A stretch of DNA of 64,000 nt from Octopus vulgaris (GCA_951406725.2 OX597835.1:21452001-21516000); one strand, 5' to 3'; counted from the first letter of the stretch, positions 13,776 through 29,090 are shown. Translations and numbers: made by a program. The notes: a model not told the origin generated them from the letters alone.

Positions 13776-13818
13776 CCACTACAATTGTTTCATGTCTTGA
13801 ACGACAATCTTCAGGTGG
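13776..13818 (-). ncRNA. Minimal type I hammerhead ribozyme
   Basis: Minus strand CCAC-CTGAAGA-tTGTC gttcaa GACAt-GAAAC-AATT-GTA-GTGG: canonical core, stem I CCAC/GTGG, palindromic loop III, GUA cleavage triplet ending at 13780. Confidence 0.88.
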
Positions 13819-14169
13819 ATTTCCGATCTAAAATATCAATATTTTAAAATATAAGTATAAAAAATAATTTTAAAATAATTAAAGTATCAATGAATATATA
13901 ATCTATATATAACCTATATATAATCCATATATAATCAATATATAAACTAAAATAAACCTATCAACAATTAAATATAAAACAAAATAAAAATAAACTATAT
14001 ATACACCCATACACATATAACTAAGTATATATAACCATATCTAAATACATACACTAACTCACACACCTAAATATATATCCCTATACATACACATAAAAAC
14101 GTCTAGGCAACGATAAATAAATAAATAAAATAGCCAAATACTTCAACACAATACTTATTCATACTCCCT

Positions 14170-16260
14170 CACACACACATACAACCCACATTCATAAACA
14201 ATATACGTATACCCGCTCACACATACATATACAAACATACAGAACTCGATATATACACCAATATATTCACACCCACATCTATACAGATAAATAAATTACG
14301 CAAACAATCACACACACACACACACACATTCACACATACATAAACACTCAAAAGAAAAATAAACAATTCTTTGCACGTGGTGATCGAACGTTTTTTTTTT
14401 TAAATTATGAATGGAATAATATATAAACAACTTAAATATACAGAATTTACTACAAATCATTAATAAACCATCATGATAAATGAAACCCATATACATATAA
14501 TGATAAAACTCACTTTACCATACACAATTATACCTATATAGCAATCTCCATATATACATTCACACACAAATATACATACGTAAAACACACACACACAACA
14601 TATACGTATACCCCCTCACATATACATATACATACGTACTAAACTCGATATATACAACAATATGTTCACACCCACACTCATACAGATAAATAAATTACAC
14701 AACTAAAATACGCACACACACACACATTCACACATACATAAACACTCAAAAGAAAAACAACATTACTACACATAATACGATAAATAAAATACTTCATAAG
14801 TAACCAGAATATCATAAGTAACAAGATTAACATAAGGAGAAAAAATATACATACTTTCAAATCAGTTTCAATTTATGAAGTGAAATTAAACTCTAGCCGT
14901 TAAAAACGTCAAACAAAATTACGTTACCATAGGAACCTAACATATGTATAAAAAGTATTCGCGCTCTGGAAGCGAACGTCATTTAAAATTATGAATGGAA
15001 TAAATGGAATTAAAAATTATATTCACGTGGTAAACGAACATTACTTAAAAATTATGAATGGAATAATGTAATAAAATAACAAACATCATAAATAGACATA
15101 AAATACTACAAATTCTTTAATAAAACTACCATGATAAACTAAAACTCATAAATACATATAATGATAAAACCTCCCTTTACTAAACTCTATAACATACCTA
15201 TATAGTAATCCCCCGAACCTATACATTCACACACAAATAAACACACGTAAACCACACACCCACGACATATACAAATACCCACCTCACTCACACATACCTA
15301 TACATACGTATAAACCTCGATATATACACCAAAAATTCACTCCCACACCCATACAGATAAATAAACATATACATCCTTAAAAATGGGTGCAATCTCACGC
15401 ACATCAATCATGCATGTATACAAGTGCATACACAAGCACACACTTTTACATAGCACCATGCACTCCCACATCTACACATGCACTTATACACGCGCCCACA
15501 TACACACACACCCATGCAACATACATATTCACGGACACTCTCCTAGACATCCAAATATACGTATAAATGGCTACAAGACCATACCCAATAAAAAAACTAC
15601 CATGAGCAACAAACCAAGCCATAATGCATGGGGACTAAAATACTAAAAAATTCTAAATAAAATAATCATGATAAATGAAATCCATACATACAAATAAAAC
15701 CCCTTACCAAAAAACAATACACACAAATACACACACATATATACACACACCCACAAACATAACCATATACACACTCTCACAAACATATACATACTTACAA
15801 ACCTCGATATATACACCAATATATTCATTCCCACACTCAATAAATTATTAAATACATATACAAACATAAACATATATATATAAAATATATATATAAATAT
15901 ATACATTCACACATAACATCACATACACATATATATAAGAAACAGTCTTTCAAAAAAGTAAATATATATTTATATTTATATATGAGTGTGTACCCGCAGA
16001 CGGGTGCAAACATACGCACATTCAAAACATTCATGTATACAAGTGCATAAATAATCCCACTCAATTACATAGCACTCATACACTCCCGCATCTACACTTG
16101 CACTTGTACACACGCACACATGCATACACACCCATACCTACATATTCACGGACAATCTCCCAAATATCTATATAAACGTGTATTATAACAGACAATACCC
16201 AAATAAAAACTGTCAATTCAACATACCAAATAAAATACAAAGGGATCGTAAACATTCACA
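14170..16260. repeat. Diverged internal direct repeats in the PLE 3' region
   Basis: CTCGATATATACA(C/A)CAA at ~14246, 14644, 15316 and 15803. AAATTATGAATGGAATAA at ~14402, 14986 and 15049. A block at ~15410-15660 is repeated at ~16030-16260. Confidence 0.8.
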
Positions 16261-16600
16261 CATACGTACAAAACTCAATAAATACACCACTAAATACACC
16301 CAATCATCCATAAGAATATATCCTCAAATATACATATAACATATACATAATAAAAATACATAATAAAATAAAATAAATAAATAAGTAAAGAAAATAAAAT
16401 AAATCTAATATAAAATATTAAAGTTATAACGTACCATAAACTGTTATATATTAATATACATTAAAAATGAACTAATTCAAAGAAATATCAATTAAAGACT
16501 AACTATAATTAAAGCCTAGACTACATAACTAAATATATATAAAACTCTAAACTAAATTTAATATTAAACTAAAGTAACCTTTAATAGGGAACTATTATTG

Positions 16601-17230
16601 TTATTTATCATGAAACTTATTACATAGGTAAAGTAACTTATGTCTGCATTTTATTTTGCGCTCTTCACCTGTATTAAGTAAATTATAATACTTATAAAAT
16701 AAAATTTCTTTAAACTCATTAGAGCATAAATAACAACAATTAGCTCCTATAGTATATGATTTAGTTTTACAAATTATTTCCCAAATTAAACTATAATTAA
16801 TATTTTGTGATTTAAGTCTCCAAATGTACTTACTAAGTCCAGTTGAGTTGATTAAGTTTTTATTTTTAAAAGAATTCATATGTTGTGCGATTCTTAATTT
16901 TATTTTTGAGGAAGTAGACCCTATATAAACCGCTTTTGGGTAATTATTATTCTTAAAGTTATTATCATGTAATGTAACTATACATTTATACACTACATCG
17001 TTAATATCACAATTATTATTTAATATACAATTAGATTTATCTCTACAAGTACAATTAATATAAGTCTTATCATTATTATTATTATTATCAAATAATTTCT
17101 TTTTATAAAAATTATTCAGTTTAAATTTATTAAATGAAGAAATAATGTTACCTACATTATTAGTGGTGGAATAACCTACTCCAAAATTATTACTAGAGAA
17201 ACTTATATATTTTTTAATTTCTTTGTTCAT
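16601..17230 (-). CDS. PLE GIY-YIG endonuclease domain (Hydra-clade-like, Cys-rich), 209 aa open frame
   Basis: GYSTTNNVGNIISSFN linker; CTCRDKSNC-x5-C; VVYKC...VYIGST..KLRIAQH..SF; TGLSKYIWRLK; WEI; CYLC..E; LLN...CRH. No RT domain is present. Confidence 0.85.
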   Translation of the reverse strand: MNKEIKKYISFSSNNFGVGYSTTNNVGNIISSFNKFKLNNFYKKKLFDNNNNNDKTYINCTCRDKSNCILNNNCDINDVVYKCIVTLHDNNFKNNNYPKAVYIGSTSSKIKLRIAQHMNSFKNKNLINSTGLSKYIWRLKSQNINYSLIWEIICKTKSYTIGANCCYLCSNEFKEILFYKYYNLLNTGEERKIKCRHKLLYLCNKFHDK

Positions 17231-17454
17231 TTATGTTTCCACATATGCTATATGAATACATGATGTGTTTTTAGAGTTAGCTTTGACTTCTATATCTAGC
17301 ATGGTGGTACCTCCCCAGTATCCTTATTTTGGAAAGTATGGCTGATAATAGTGCTCGTAAGAATGACCATGACGATACTAACAATGATGGGGATGACATA
17401 TATGTACGTATACATACACACATGTATATCTATGTATGTATGTATGTATGTATA

Positions 17455-17456
17455 GT

Positions 17457-17489
<33 letters not shown>

Positions 17490-17490
17490 C

Positions 17491-17557
<67 letters not shown>
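17455..17557. repeat. (AGAT)n microsatellite
   Basis: Seen directly. Confidence 0.95.
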
Positions 17558-17701
17558 CATACAAATTGTATAGTATGATTTAACTTAAAATTTGATTATA
17601 TATAGCTAGTATTGAGAAGTCGCTGTGCATCCTTATATATCGGTTGAGAAAACTTCAAAGGGAACTCATCAGTTAAGTTTCCTTTCACTGCTCTCTCTCT
17701 C

Positions 17702-17744
<43 letters not shown>

Positions 17745-18023
17745 CTCTTTCTGGATGTGTGTGTGTGTGTGTATAGTTAGAAATATCAGAGTATATGAAA
17801 ATAACTGGAAAGTCGATTCATAAGTTATTTAATTACGCCATGTTATATGTCTGCCAGTGAAGATAGTATTTAAGATACAATCTGGGTCAGGTAAAATTTC
17901 TACATCTTCCCTTCACCAGAGTATACATCATTGAGGAAATGATGACCTAGATACTTAACTTAGGCCGGATTGCATCTTTCAGCAAAATTAAATGATTTAT
18001 TAACCGACTTTCCAGCCTCTGTT

Positions 18024-18080
<57 letters not shown>

Positions 18081-20074
18081 GAGAAGTATATCTGTAAATG
18101 TAATATGTGAGATTGTGGTCAATCCCAGGCTGGAGTAGGTTGCTACTGAAAGGTCATACGTATGGCACCAGGTTTCGGCATCTTGTCATACATCTAGAAA
18201 GTGTCAGAACTGGTTGTCGGAGAAGTTCTACGATTTAACCAGCCTCAATTTATCTATATCTAGCGGTGTGGTACCTTTTCAGTATCCTTAATTATAATTA
18301 TATCTATATAATTATCTATCGGTAGTAATTATTACCTATACAGTCTTTTTTCCATGCTGGTCATTTGATTATTTTAAATAATGGTCTTATCCTCTTTATA
18401 TATATATATATATCACTATTTCAACCAGATTGTCGAATGTTGTTATACATCACTGATCACAATGCACCTCCAAAATCGTCTAACCAAATTGCCTTCCCAT
18501 CGTCGTGGAAGCCCTCCGAGTGGCATTTTTTGCGATCTCGGCAACTGCAGGGGTCTACCTATTGTTAGTGAATCTTGGAGTGAGGTAGGTCTACAGGGAT
18601 GTATGGAGAAGAATGAATTTCTGCGGGGTCATACGATTAACATCATGTCTGTATTTTAACGTTTACCTCAAAATTTTGACCTACCCTATTAATTTTTAAC
18701 ACTCGTTACAAAAACTCTTTTTCATATTTATATGAATTATATATCCTTAAGTTCTTTGTGATACTTTATAACAATATTTTATAAAAACATTTTCAGATGA
18801 AATTAATATCTTTGTCATATTAATGTTTCGATTTAATTTATATCATCCTTTTCTCTTTTTTTTTGTGTATTATCTTATATCCCTGTAAACGCTAAAATAT
18901 ATATTTTTTAAATTCTCTACTTTCGTGTAACTCATAGACAAACATTATTTCGTATTTTCTAAATACTTTCTTTTCTGCTTTTATTTATGTTTATTTTCTA
19001 TTTTATTTTATATATATATTTTGTTATTTTTATTTATAACTCTTTTTTTATATTTTGTTTTATTTATAGATTTACAACTCCATATATTTGAACCCCAATT
19101 CTAAAGATTTTACAATATTTTTATAATAGCTTTATGCAGTATCTATTATTTGAACCTCAAATGTTTCCATACAAAACACAATTTACGAATATATTATTGG
19201 AATTTATCACCACTTCACATTTTATCGAAGCTTAATTCACTTTAACTTTATATAATCATCACTATTCCATTATATTCATAAATCTTTACAAATCTCATAA
19301 CAGAATCCAATCGTTACCTTTAAAACTACTGCCTGACAATAACATTTCAATTTACTTGATTATAAGCAACCTCATCTTTCAAAAAATCTCTAAACTATCA
19401 TAATTTTGCGATATTTTTTAACAAATTAATCTTACTTTATTCAAATCATTTTATCCTTCCATCCATTATTCATATTGTCTCATAGTTTTACGAGCTAAGT
19501 TCTTTTTCTTCCGAAATCTTAAAACAATAAGATATCTTCATTTCTAATTATCAAATTAGTATAAATGAATTACTTTCCTTTAAATACCTTCGAAGGCGGT
19601 GCACCAACACGATACCAACATTATACCTACGCTCTATTTTTACAATGTTTAAACGAACTACATCTCTTTAGAACAATATCAAATTAAACCGTAATTATAG
19701 TTTTAACAAATCACCAACATGGCATCTCACTTTAACTTCCATGCACCCTTCACTCTTCCCTCTTCATATTTACATCTCTATGCCTCTATATACTCATGGT
19801 ATAAAGATATGTGTGTGTGGATTTGTACGTATATTCATATATATATATGTATGTATTGGCGCCACCAAAGTTAAGCAGTAAAAATGGTAAATTGCGCGAA
19901 ACTGCTATGATATTTCGCATCATTGACTGACGAAGAACAATCAGCTGCAAATATTCTGTGTATCATGTCTTTATCTAATTTCTCGTCCGTTACGTTTTCG
20001 TCTAGTTTCTCGTTTGCTCTGCTTTCGTCTAACTTCTTGTCCTATGCTTTCTGGTCAACTCTTGATATATATAT

Positions 20075-20440
<366 letters not shown>

Positions 20441-20559
20441 CATACATACATACATACATACATACATACATACATACATACATACATGTATATGTAGCTT
20501 TGTATGTACGCATGACATGAATAATGCATGCATGTTTGTACATATTTATATTTACAGTG

Positions 20560-20750
20560 AAGGCGCGTGGCTTAGTGGTTAGGGCATTAGGCTCACGATC
20601 GTAAGGTCGGGAGTTCGATTCCCGGCGGCGCGTTGTCTCCTGGAGCAAGACACTTTATTTCACGTTGCTCCAGTCCGCTCAACTGGCAAAAATGAGTTGT
20701 ACGTGTGTTTCAACGGGCCTGCCTTGTCACACTCTGCGTCACGGTGAATC
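20560..20750 (+). mobile_element. SINE family C, 5' part
   Basis: GGCGCGTGGCTTAGTGG A box, GAGTTCGATTCCC B box, CCTGGAGCAAGACACTTTATTTCACGTTGCTCCAGTCC domain. Confidence 0.85.
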
Positions 20751-21082
20751 ATACATGCCTTTACATACAGTTGGAGTTCAGCAAGCCTGTTACTTAGGTA
20801 TTTCGAGCTGAATTTATTTACATCGAAACAAGCCTTGGTGTAGAACTATTATTTTAATTCTGTTGTGTCTGGGGAGAGTCATAATCTTTTAGTACCTTAA
20901 TATTTAACACTCTCACCGGTAAAATTTCCACTTATTTCGTCTTTTTATGTTCCTAAAATTTACGTTGCGTCTTGCAACCTTTTCAATAGTCTTGAAGCTG
21001 CCCCTTTTGTTTGTTTGTGCGCATGTGTGTGGGTCAGTGTATGAGTGTGTGTGTGTGTGTGTGCCTATACATGCATACATGT

Positions 21083-21309
21083 ATATTTCTTTACTACCCA
21101 CAAGGGGTTAAACACAGAGGGGACAAACAAGGACAGACAAACGGATTAAGTCGATTACATCGACCCCAGTGGGTTACTGGTACTTATTTAATCGACCCCG
21201 AAAGGATGAAAGGCAAAGTCGACCTCGGTGGAATTTGAACTCAGAACGTAACGGTAGACGAAAGACGGCTACGCATTTCGCCCGGCGTGCTAACGTTTCT
21301 ACCAGCTCG
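21083..21309 (-). mobile_element. SINE family B
   Basis: Matches the other family B copies. Confidence 0.88.
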
Positions 21310-21524
21310 TATGTATGTGTGTGTGTGTTTGCATGTGTATGTATGTATATATGTGTATGTATGCATATGTATGTATGTGTGTGTATCTGTATGTACGTAT
21401 CCTGCATATTTATGTGCTTGCCTGTCCGTGTCTGTGTATTTTCTGTGTATGTGTGTGAGCATGTGTTTGTATATGTATGCACCTCTGTCTCCTTGTGTGT
21501 GCATATCTCTGTGTGTGTGTGTAT

Positions 21525-22351
21525 TATGTAACTATGTACTATGTTTATCTTATGTAACTATGTACTATCTTTATATGTTTATCTTATGTAACTATGTACT
21601 ATCTTTATATGTTTATCTTATGTAACTATGTACTATCTTTATATGTTTATCTTATGTAACTATGTACTATCTTTATATGTTTATCTTATGTAACTATGTA
21701 CTATCTTTATATGTTTATCTTATGTAACTATGTACTATCTTTATATGTTTATCTTATGTAACTATGTACTATCTTTATATGTTTATCTTATGTAACTATG
21801 TACTATCTTTATATGTTTATCTTATGTAACTATGTACTATCTTTATATGTTTATCTTATGTAACTATGTACTATCTTTATATGTTTATCTTATGTAACTA
21901 TGTACTATCTTTATATGTTTATCTTATGTAACTATGTACTATCTTTATATATTTATCTTATGTAACTATGTACTATCTTTATATGTTTATCTTATGTAAC
22001 TATGTACTATCTTTATATGTTTATCTTATGTAACTATGTACTATCTTTATATGTTTATCTTATGTAACTATGTACTATCTTTATATGTTTATCTTATGTA
22101 ACTATGTACTATCTTTATATGTTTATCTTATGTAACTATGTACTATCTTTATATGTTTATCTTATGTAACTATGTACTATCTTTATATGTTTATCTTATG
22201 TAACTATGTACTATCTTTATATGTTTATCTTATGTAACTATGTACTATCTTTATATGTTTATCTTATGTAACTATGTACTATCTTTATATGTTTATCTTA
22301 TGTAACTATGTACTATCTTTATATGTTTATCTTATGTAACTATGTACTATG
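21525..22351. repeat. 34-bp minisatellite TGTAACTATGTACTATCTTTATATGTTTATCTTA, about 24 copies
   Basis: Period 34 (unit starts at 21553, 21621, 21655 ... 22335). Only one internal variant seen, at 21951. Confidence 0.95.
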
Positions 22352-22683
22352 TTTGTATGTATGGACGGGCATCTTTATATGTGTGGATCCGTGTCTCCAT
22401 ATGTGTCTGTTCTGGTAACCTATGCACCCATCCGTCTTTATGTTGATCTGTTTATTTACATATACTCTTTTACTCTTTTACTTGTTTCAGTCATTTGACT
22501 GTGGCCATGCTGGAGCACCGCCTCTCATCGAGCAACTCGATCCCGGGACTTATTCTTTTGTAAGCCCAGTATTTATTCTATCGGTCTCTTTTGCCGAACC
22601 GCTAGGTAACGGGGACATAAACACACCAGCATCGGTTGTCAAGCAATGCCAGGGGGACAAACACAGACACACAAACACACACA

Positions 22684-22717
<34 letters not shown>

Positions 22718-22718
<1 letters not shown>

Positions 22719-22941
22719 TTTATTTTAAGCAGCAGAAAATTCAACAAAATGAGTTTCTCGTTGCCGTTCATCAGACAGTTTTTGCTAGAATGGAACCGAT
22801 ATATCAATTCAATCTAGACTCTTACAAACGCTACACCTTTTTGTTGAATTTTCTGCTGCTTAAAATAAAGCATATTACTCTACCACTGGTATTTGAGTAC
22901 TCTTTTTTCCACCTTGTTTCACATTTATGTGTTTACTCCGG
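22718..22941. mobile_element. PLE pLTR-like insert in the SINE (TA)n tract, copy 1, hammerhead damaged
   Basis: 32-bp inverted arms at 22718-22749 and 22839-22870 plus a 3' extension. Lacks the CTGTTACTCT present in copy 2. Confidence 0.8.
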
Positions 22942-22973
<32 letters not shown>

Positions 22974-23381
22974 CATATATACGACGGGCTTCTTTCAGTT
23001 TCCGTCTACCAAATCCACTCACAAGGTTTTGGTCGGCCCGAGGCTATAGTAGAAGACACTTGCCCAAGGTGCCACGCAGTAGGACTGATCCCGGAACCAT
23101 GTGGTTGGTAAGCAAGCTACTTACAACACAGCCTACATCTGATTCTTACACATATACTCTTTACTCTTTACTCTTTTACTTGTTTCAGTCATTTGACTGT
23201 GGCCATGCTGGAGCACCGCCTTTAATCGAGCAACTCGATCCCGGGACTTATTCTTTTGTAAGCCCAGTATTTATTCTATCGGTCTCTTTTGCCGAACCGT
23301 TAAGTAACGGGGACATAAACACACCAGCATCGGTTGTCAAGCAATGCCAGGGGGACAAACACAGACACACAAACACACACA

Positions 23382-23419
<38 letters not shown>

Positions 23420-23652
23420 CTTTATTTTAAGCAGCAGGAAATTCAACAAAATCTGTTACTCTGAGTTTCTCGTTGCCGTTCATCAGACAGTTTTTGCTAG
23501 AATGGAACCGATATATCAATTCAATCTAGACTCTTACAAACGCTACACCTTTTTGTTGAATTTTCTGCTGCTTAAAAATAAAGCATATTACTCTACCACT
23601 GGTATTTGAGTACTCTTTTTTCCACCTTGTTTCACATTTATGTGTTTACTCC

Positions 23653-23654
<2 letters not shown>
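23420..23654. mobile_element. PLE pLTR-like insert in the SINE (TA)n tract, copy 2
   Basis: Same inverted-arm layout as copy 1, with an intact hammerhead. Confidence 0.82.
23453..23490 (-). ncRNA. Minimal type I hammerhead ribozyme
   Basis: Minus strand CTGT-CTGATGA-aCG gcaa CGa-GAAACTC-a-GAGTA-ACAG: stem I CTGT/ACAG, short stem II with a GNRA loop, stem III ACTC/GAGT, GUA triplet. Confidence 0.82.
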
Positions 23655-23704
<50 letters not shown>

Positions 23705-24115
23705 CATATATACGACGGGCTTCTTTCAGTTTTCGTCTACCAAATCCACTCACAAGGTTTTGGTCGGCCCGAGGCTATAGTAGAAGACACTTGCCCAAGG
23801 TGCCACGCAGTAGGACTGATCCCGGAACCATGTGGTTGGTAAGCAAGCTACTTACAACACAGCCTACATCTGATTCTTACACATATACTCTTTACTCTTT
23901 ACTCTTTTACTTGTTTCAGTCATTTGACTGCGGCCACGCTGGAGCACCGCCTCTCATCGAGCAACTCGATCCCGGGACTTATTCTTTTGTAAGCCCAGTA
24001 TTTATTCTATCGGTCTCTTTTGCCGAACCGTTAAGTAACGGGGACATAAACACACCAGCATCGGTTGTCAAGCAATGCTAGGGGGACAAACACAGACACA
24101 CAAACACACACATGC

Positions 24116-24146
<31 letters not shown>

Positions 24147-24507
24147 CGACGGGCTTCTTTCAGTTTCCGTCTACCAAATCCCCTCACAAGGCTTTGGTCG
24201 GCCCGAGGCTATAGTAGAAGACACTTGCCCAAGGTGCCACGCAGTAGGACTGAACCTGGAACCATGTGGCTGGTAAACTAGCTACTTGCCACACAGCCAC
24301 TCCTGCGCCTAAATGTTTATTTTAATTTGTACTTTTTTATGGTTGTCAGTGTTTTATTTGCCAATCCATTGAGTCGTTTCTCATAACTGAGTCATTTTCT
24401 CGCGACGTCCAGTTTCTCATTTATGTTTTTGTCTTTTGTTCATGTTTCTTCTTAATGGTGTCCTATTAATTCTTTTCGGCGGTCGATTCACTTCTTGTTC
24501 AGGATCT

Positions 24508-26487
<1,980 letters not shown>

Positions 26488-26689
26488 TGCGCCTCCACTT
26501 GCTGTTGCTGTTGTTGTCTTGTTGTTTAAACCCTAGGTCATCGTCTATCGAAAGACTTTCTAGCCATGATCATTCTGGCTGTGATCACGTTTAGAAAAGA
26601 ATGTTGTATTTAAGATTATAACATGTCCTTCCCTCTCTTTAGAGGTAGAAGGGTGTGTTTACCTGTGGTAGCCTTGGAGATGTCGTTTT

Positions 26690-26691
26690 CG

Positions 26692-26724
<33 letters not shown>

Positions 26725-27415
26725 TCTGATGTGGTGGCGGCGATGGTGCTGTTGGTTGTAGTGGTTGTAACGATTGCACTGTCCTGATGGTGGTACTTTT
26801 AGAGGTTTCAGTGATGTTACCATTTGTGGGTGTAATGGTATTCGTGGTTTGCCACTGTTCTTGATAATGGTAGTCTAAGTATTGCTCTTAGTGTTGGTGG
26901 TGATGGTGGTGGTGGTGGTGGTGGTGGTGGTGGTGGTACTGCTGCTGCGGCTGCTGCTGTTGCTGCGGTAATGGTGGTACTGTTACAGTTGCTGGTGGTG
27001 GTACTGGTAGTGGTGGTGATGGTGGTGGTGATGGTGATAACGGAGACGGCGATGTTGATGGTGGTGATGATGGTGGAGGTGGTGGGGATAGTGATGCTGA
27101 TGATCAGTGATGGTGGTGGTGGTGGTGGTGGTGGTCAGTGATGGTGGTGGTGGTGGTGAAGCTCGTTGTTCTATTAGTAGTATTTGTAGTAGTAGTGGTT
27201 CTGATAGAAATGGTAGTATTTCATGATATTGCTGCTCTTGGTTTTGCAGGAAGTGATGGTTGTGGCGGCAGTGGTAAAGGTGGCGTTGATGGTTGTATTG
27301 ATTGTGGTAGTGATATTGTCGGAAGTGGTACTGGCGGTGATTATGGTACTGGCGGTGTTGCTGGAAATGGTTGTAATGGCGGTGGTACTATTGGATGTGA
27401 CGATGGTAGTGGCAA
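26690..27415. repeat. Degenerate (GGT)n/(GAT)n low-complexity tract
   Basis: Seen directly. Confidence 0.85.
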
Positions 27416-27735
27416 TATTTTTTTTATTAAAGCCCCAGGGCACCTCAGAGTGATTGACAAATTGTGTTCCCACTATAGTTATGTCCACCGCCCTATTTGC
27501 TATTCTTTCTAGCAGGTCGAGGACAGCCACGTTGAGCCTGCCTCTGATTGATTGATTTTGTGTTTGCTTGTTTTTGCTTTTTCCTCTTTGCTTTTTTTCT
27601 CTATCTTTGTTCACACTGCTAAACTGGCAGAGCTGGAAAATGTCAATAAACTACATTCCATTTGGTCTCAGGAGTAAACAGAATTTACAATGATAGTTTT
27701 TATGTCCTATTTCTTGCTTATTGATCGGTATATGT

Positions 27736-27879
<144 letters not shown>

Positions 27880-28559
27880 AAAACAGAAAGACAGACAGAC
27901 AGATAGATGGTATGTTGAAAGATAGAGATGGAGAGAGTGGTGGGCATATAGATATATAGATAAATATATAAATGTCTGGCTTGGCGTGACAGTCGCTATT
28001 CAAAATGGCGGCTCTTTGAAATGTTAAAAAGCAGCTTGAAGTCTATCTCTTTTTAATTGTCCGAATCTTCTAGCTAACTTCCTGATACAATCCATATTGC
28101 AATTAAAGAGATTTGTGGCTCTTGGAATGGTTAAGCCAAACCCAAAACGATTCGACAACAACATGAAAATCACCTGCATCGTCTACAACTACAACAAACA
28201 CAACAACAACAACACAACAACAAGAATAATATTAACATGAATATAGTATATAAATGTTATGTTGCCAACTCGGTTTAATGTTAAAATATATAGACACGCA
28301 TACGCACACACAGATCACGCATCACACTCCACCTTCACAAATATCGCCTTCTTAAACGCAATCATGAATGACTTGCTCCACATAGTGATGAGGGAGTATC
28401 TAAATGGTCGACTAACCTGCTAGAAATAGCAGCTAAGTCTCCATCAATTTACACAATACCGATTTCAAAAAAAAAAAGAGAAATGCTTGAAAATACGGAT
28501 GTTGGTTCACTTCACTTGGAAATGAATAGGAAGAGGTAAAGGAGAAGAAAAAGGAAAAA

Positions 28560-28705
28560 AATGTTCATTTAAACCTGTTGGGAATGTGGGTACCAAGATT
28601 GAATATGAAACGTTCTTCCCTCAATTTCCTTGAAAATGTGGCGCCATGATGTGTGACATGGCACATTGTGAACGTTTTTCCTTCTACTCCAACACTATCT
28701 CTCCA
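28560..28705 (-). pseudogene. C-terminal fragment of a second type of PLE GIY-YIG endonuclease
   Basis: RKLREERFIFNLGTHIPNRF resembles the R..E..(W/F)I..L.T..P.GLN end of Penelope/Neptune-type endonucleases. Confidence 0.6.
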
Positions 28706-28711
28706 CATATG

Positions 28712-29090
28712 TAGGCGCAGGAGTGGCTGTGTGGTAAGTAGCTTGCTAACCAACCACATGGTTCCGGGTTCAGTCCCACTGCGTGGCATCTTGGGAAAGT
28801 GTCTTCTGCTATAGCCCCGGGCCTACCAATGCCTTGTGAGTGGATTTGGTAGACGGAAACTGAAAGAAGCCCGTCGTATATATGTATATATATATATATA
28901 TGTGTGTGTTTGTGTGTGTGTGTTTGTCCCCCTAGCATTGCATGACAACCGATGCTGGTGTGTTTACGTCCCCGATAGAATAAGTCCTGGGCTTACAACG
29001 AATAAGTCCCGGGGTCGAGTTGCTCGACTAAAGGCGGTGCTCCAGCATGGCCGCAGTCAAATGACTGAAACAAGTAAAAGAATAAAAGAA
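28712..29090 (+). mobile_element. SINE family A, near full length
   Basis: Head AGGCGCAGGAGTGGCTGTG through tail AAGTAAAAGAATAAAAG. Confidence 0.92.

Larger units (their letters stand above)
13681..17230 (-). mobile_element. Penelope-like retroelement, probably 5'-truncated: GIY-YIG ORF, ~2.8-kb internally repeated 3' region, hammerhead-bearing terminus abutting (TA)n
   Basis: Endonuclease ORF at 16601-17230 and hammerhead at 13776-13818 on the same strand. Uniform A/C-rich plus-strand composition between them. The terminal ~90 bp recur in (TA)n at 43412-43504. Confidence 0.75.
22457..24310 (-). mobile_element. Tandem triplication of a SINE family A copy (units ~22457-23146, 23147-23878, 23879-24310)
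   Basis: Shared private variants (CAACTCGATCCCGGGAC, CCAGTATTT, GCAGTAGGACTGA). Identical junction CCTACATCTGATTCTTACACATATACTC between units. Confidence 0.9.

Noticed and set aside
18165-18210. Degenerate hammerhead-like string on the minus strand (GCCGAAACCTGGT); a similar one at ~29780-29806
   Set aside because: The CUGANGA core and stems are not intact, so it is too weak to call.
20560-20635. tRNA gene candidates here and at other A/B-box sites
   Set aside because: They run directly into SINE bodies and lack a complete cloverleaf.
21525-22351. 34-bp repeats as a CRISPR array
   Set aside because: The units are directly adjacent with no unique spacers, there are no cas genes, and the context is eukaryotic.
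22646-23464. 272-aa ORF and other recurring RRASFSFRLPNPLTRLWSARG peptides
   Set aside because: Antisense read-through of SINE family A, not a protein family.
27138-27512. Hydrophobic N-terminus plus Gly-rich ORF resembling a secreted structural protein
   Set aside because: It lies in a decayed (GGT)n tract and starts at a non-ATG codon; composition alone explains it.
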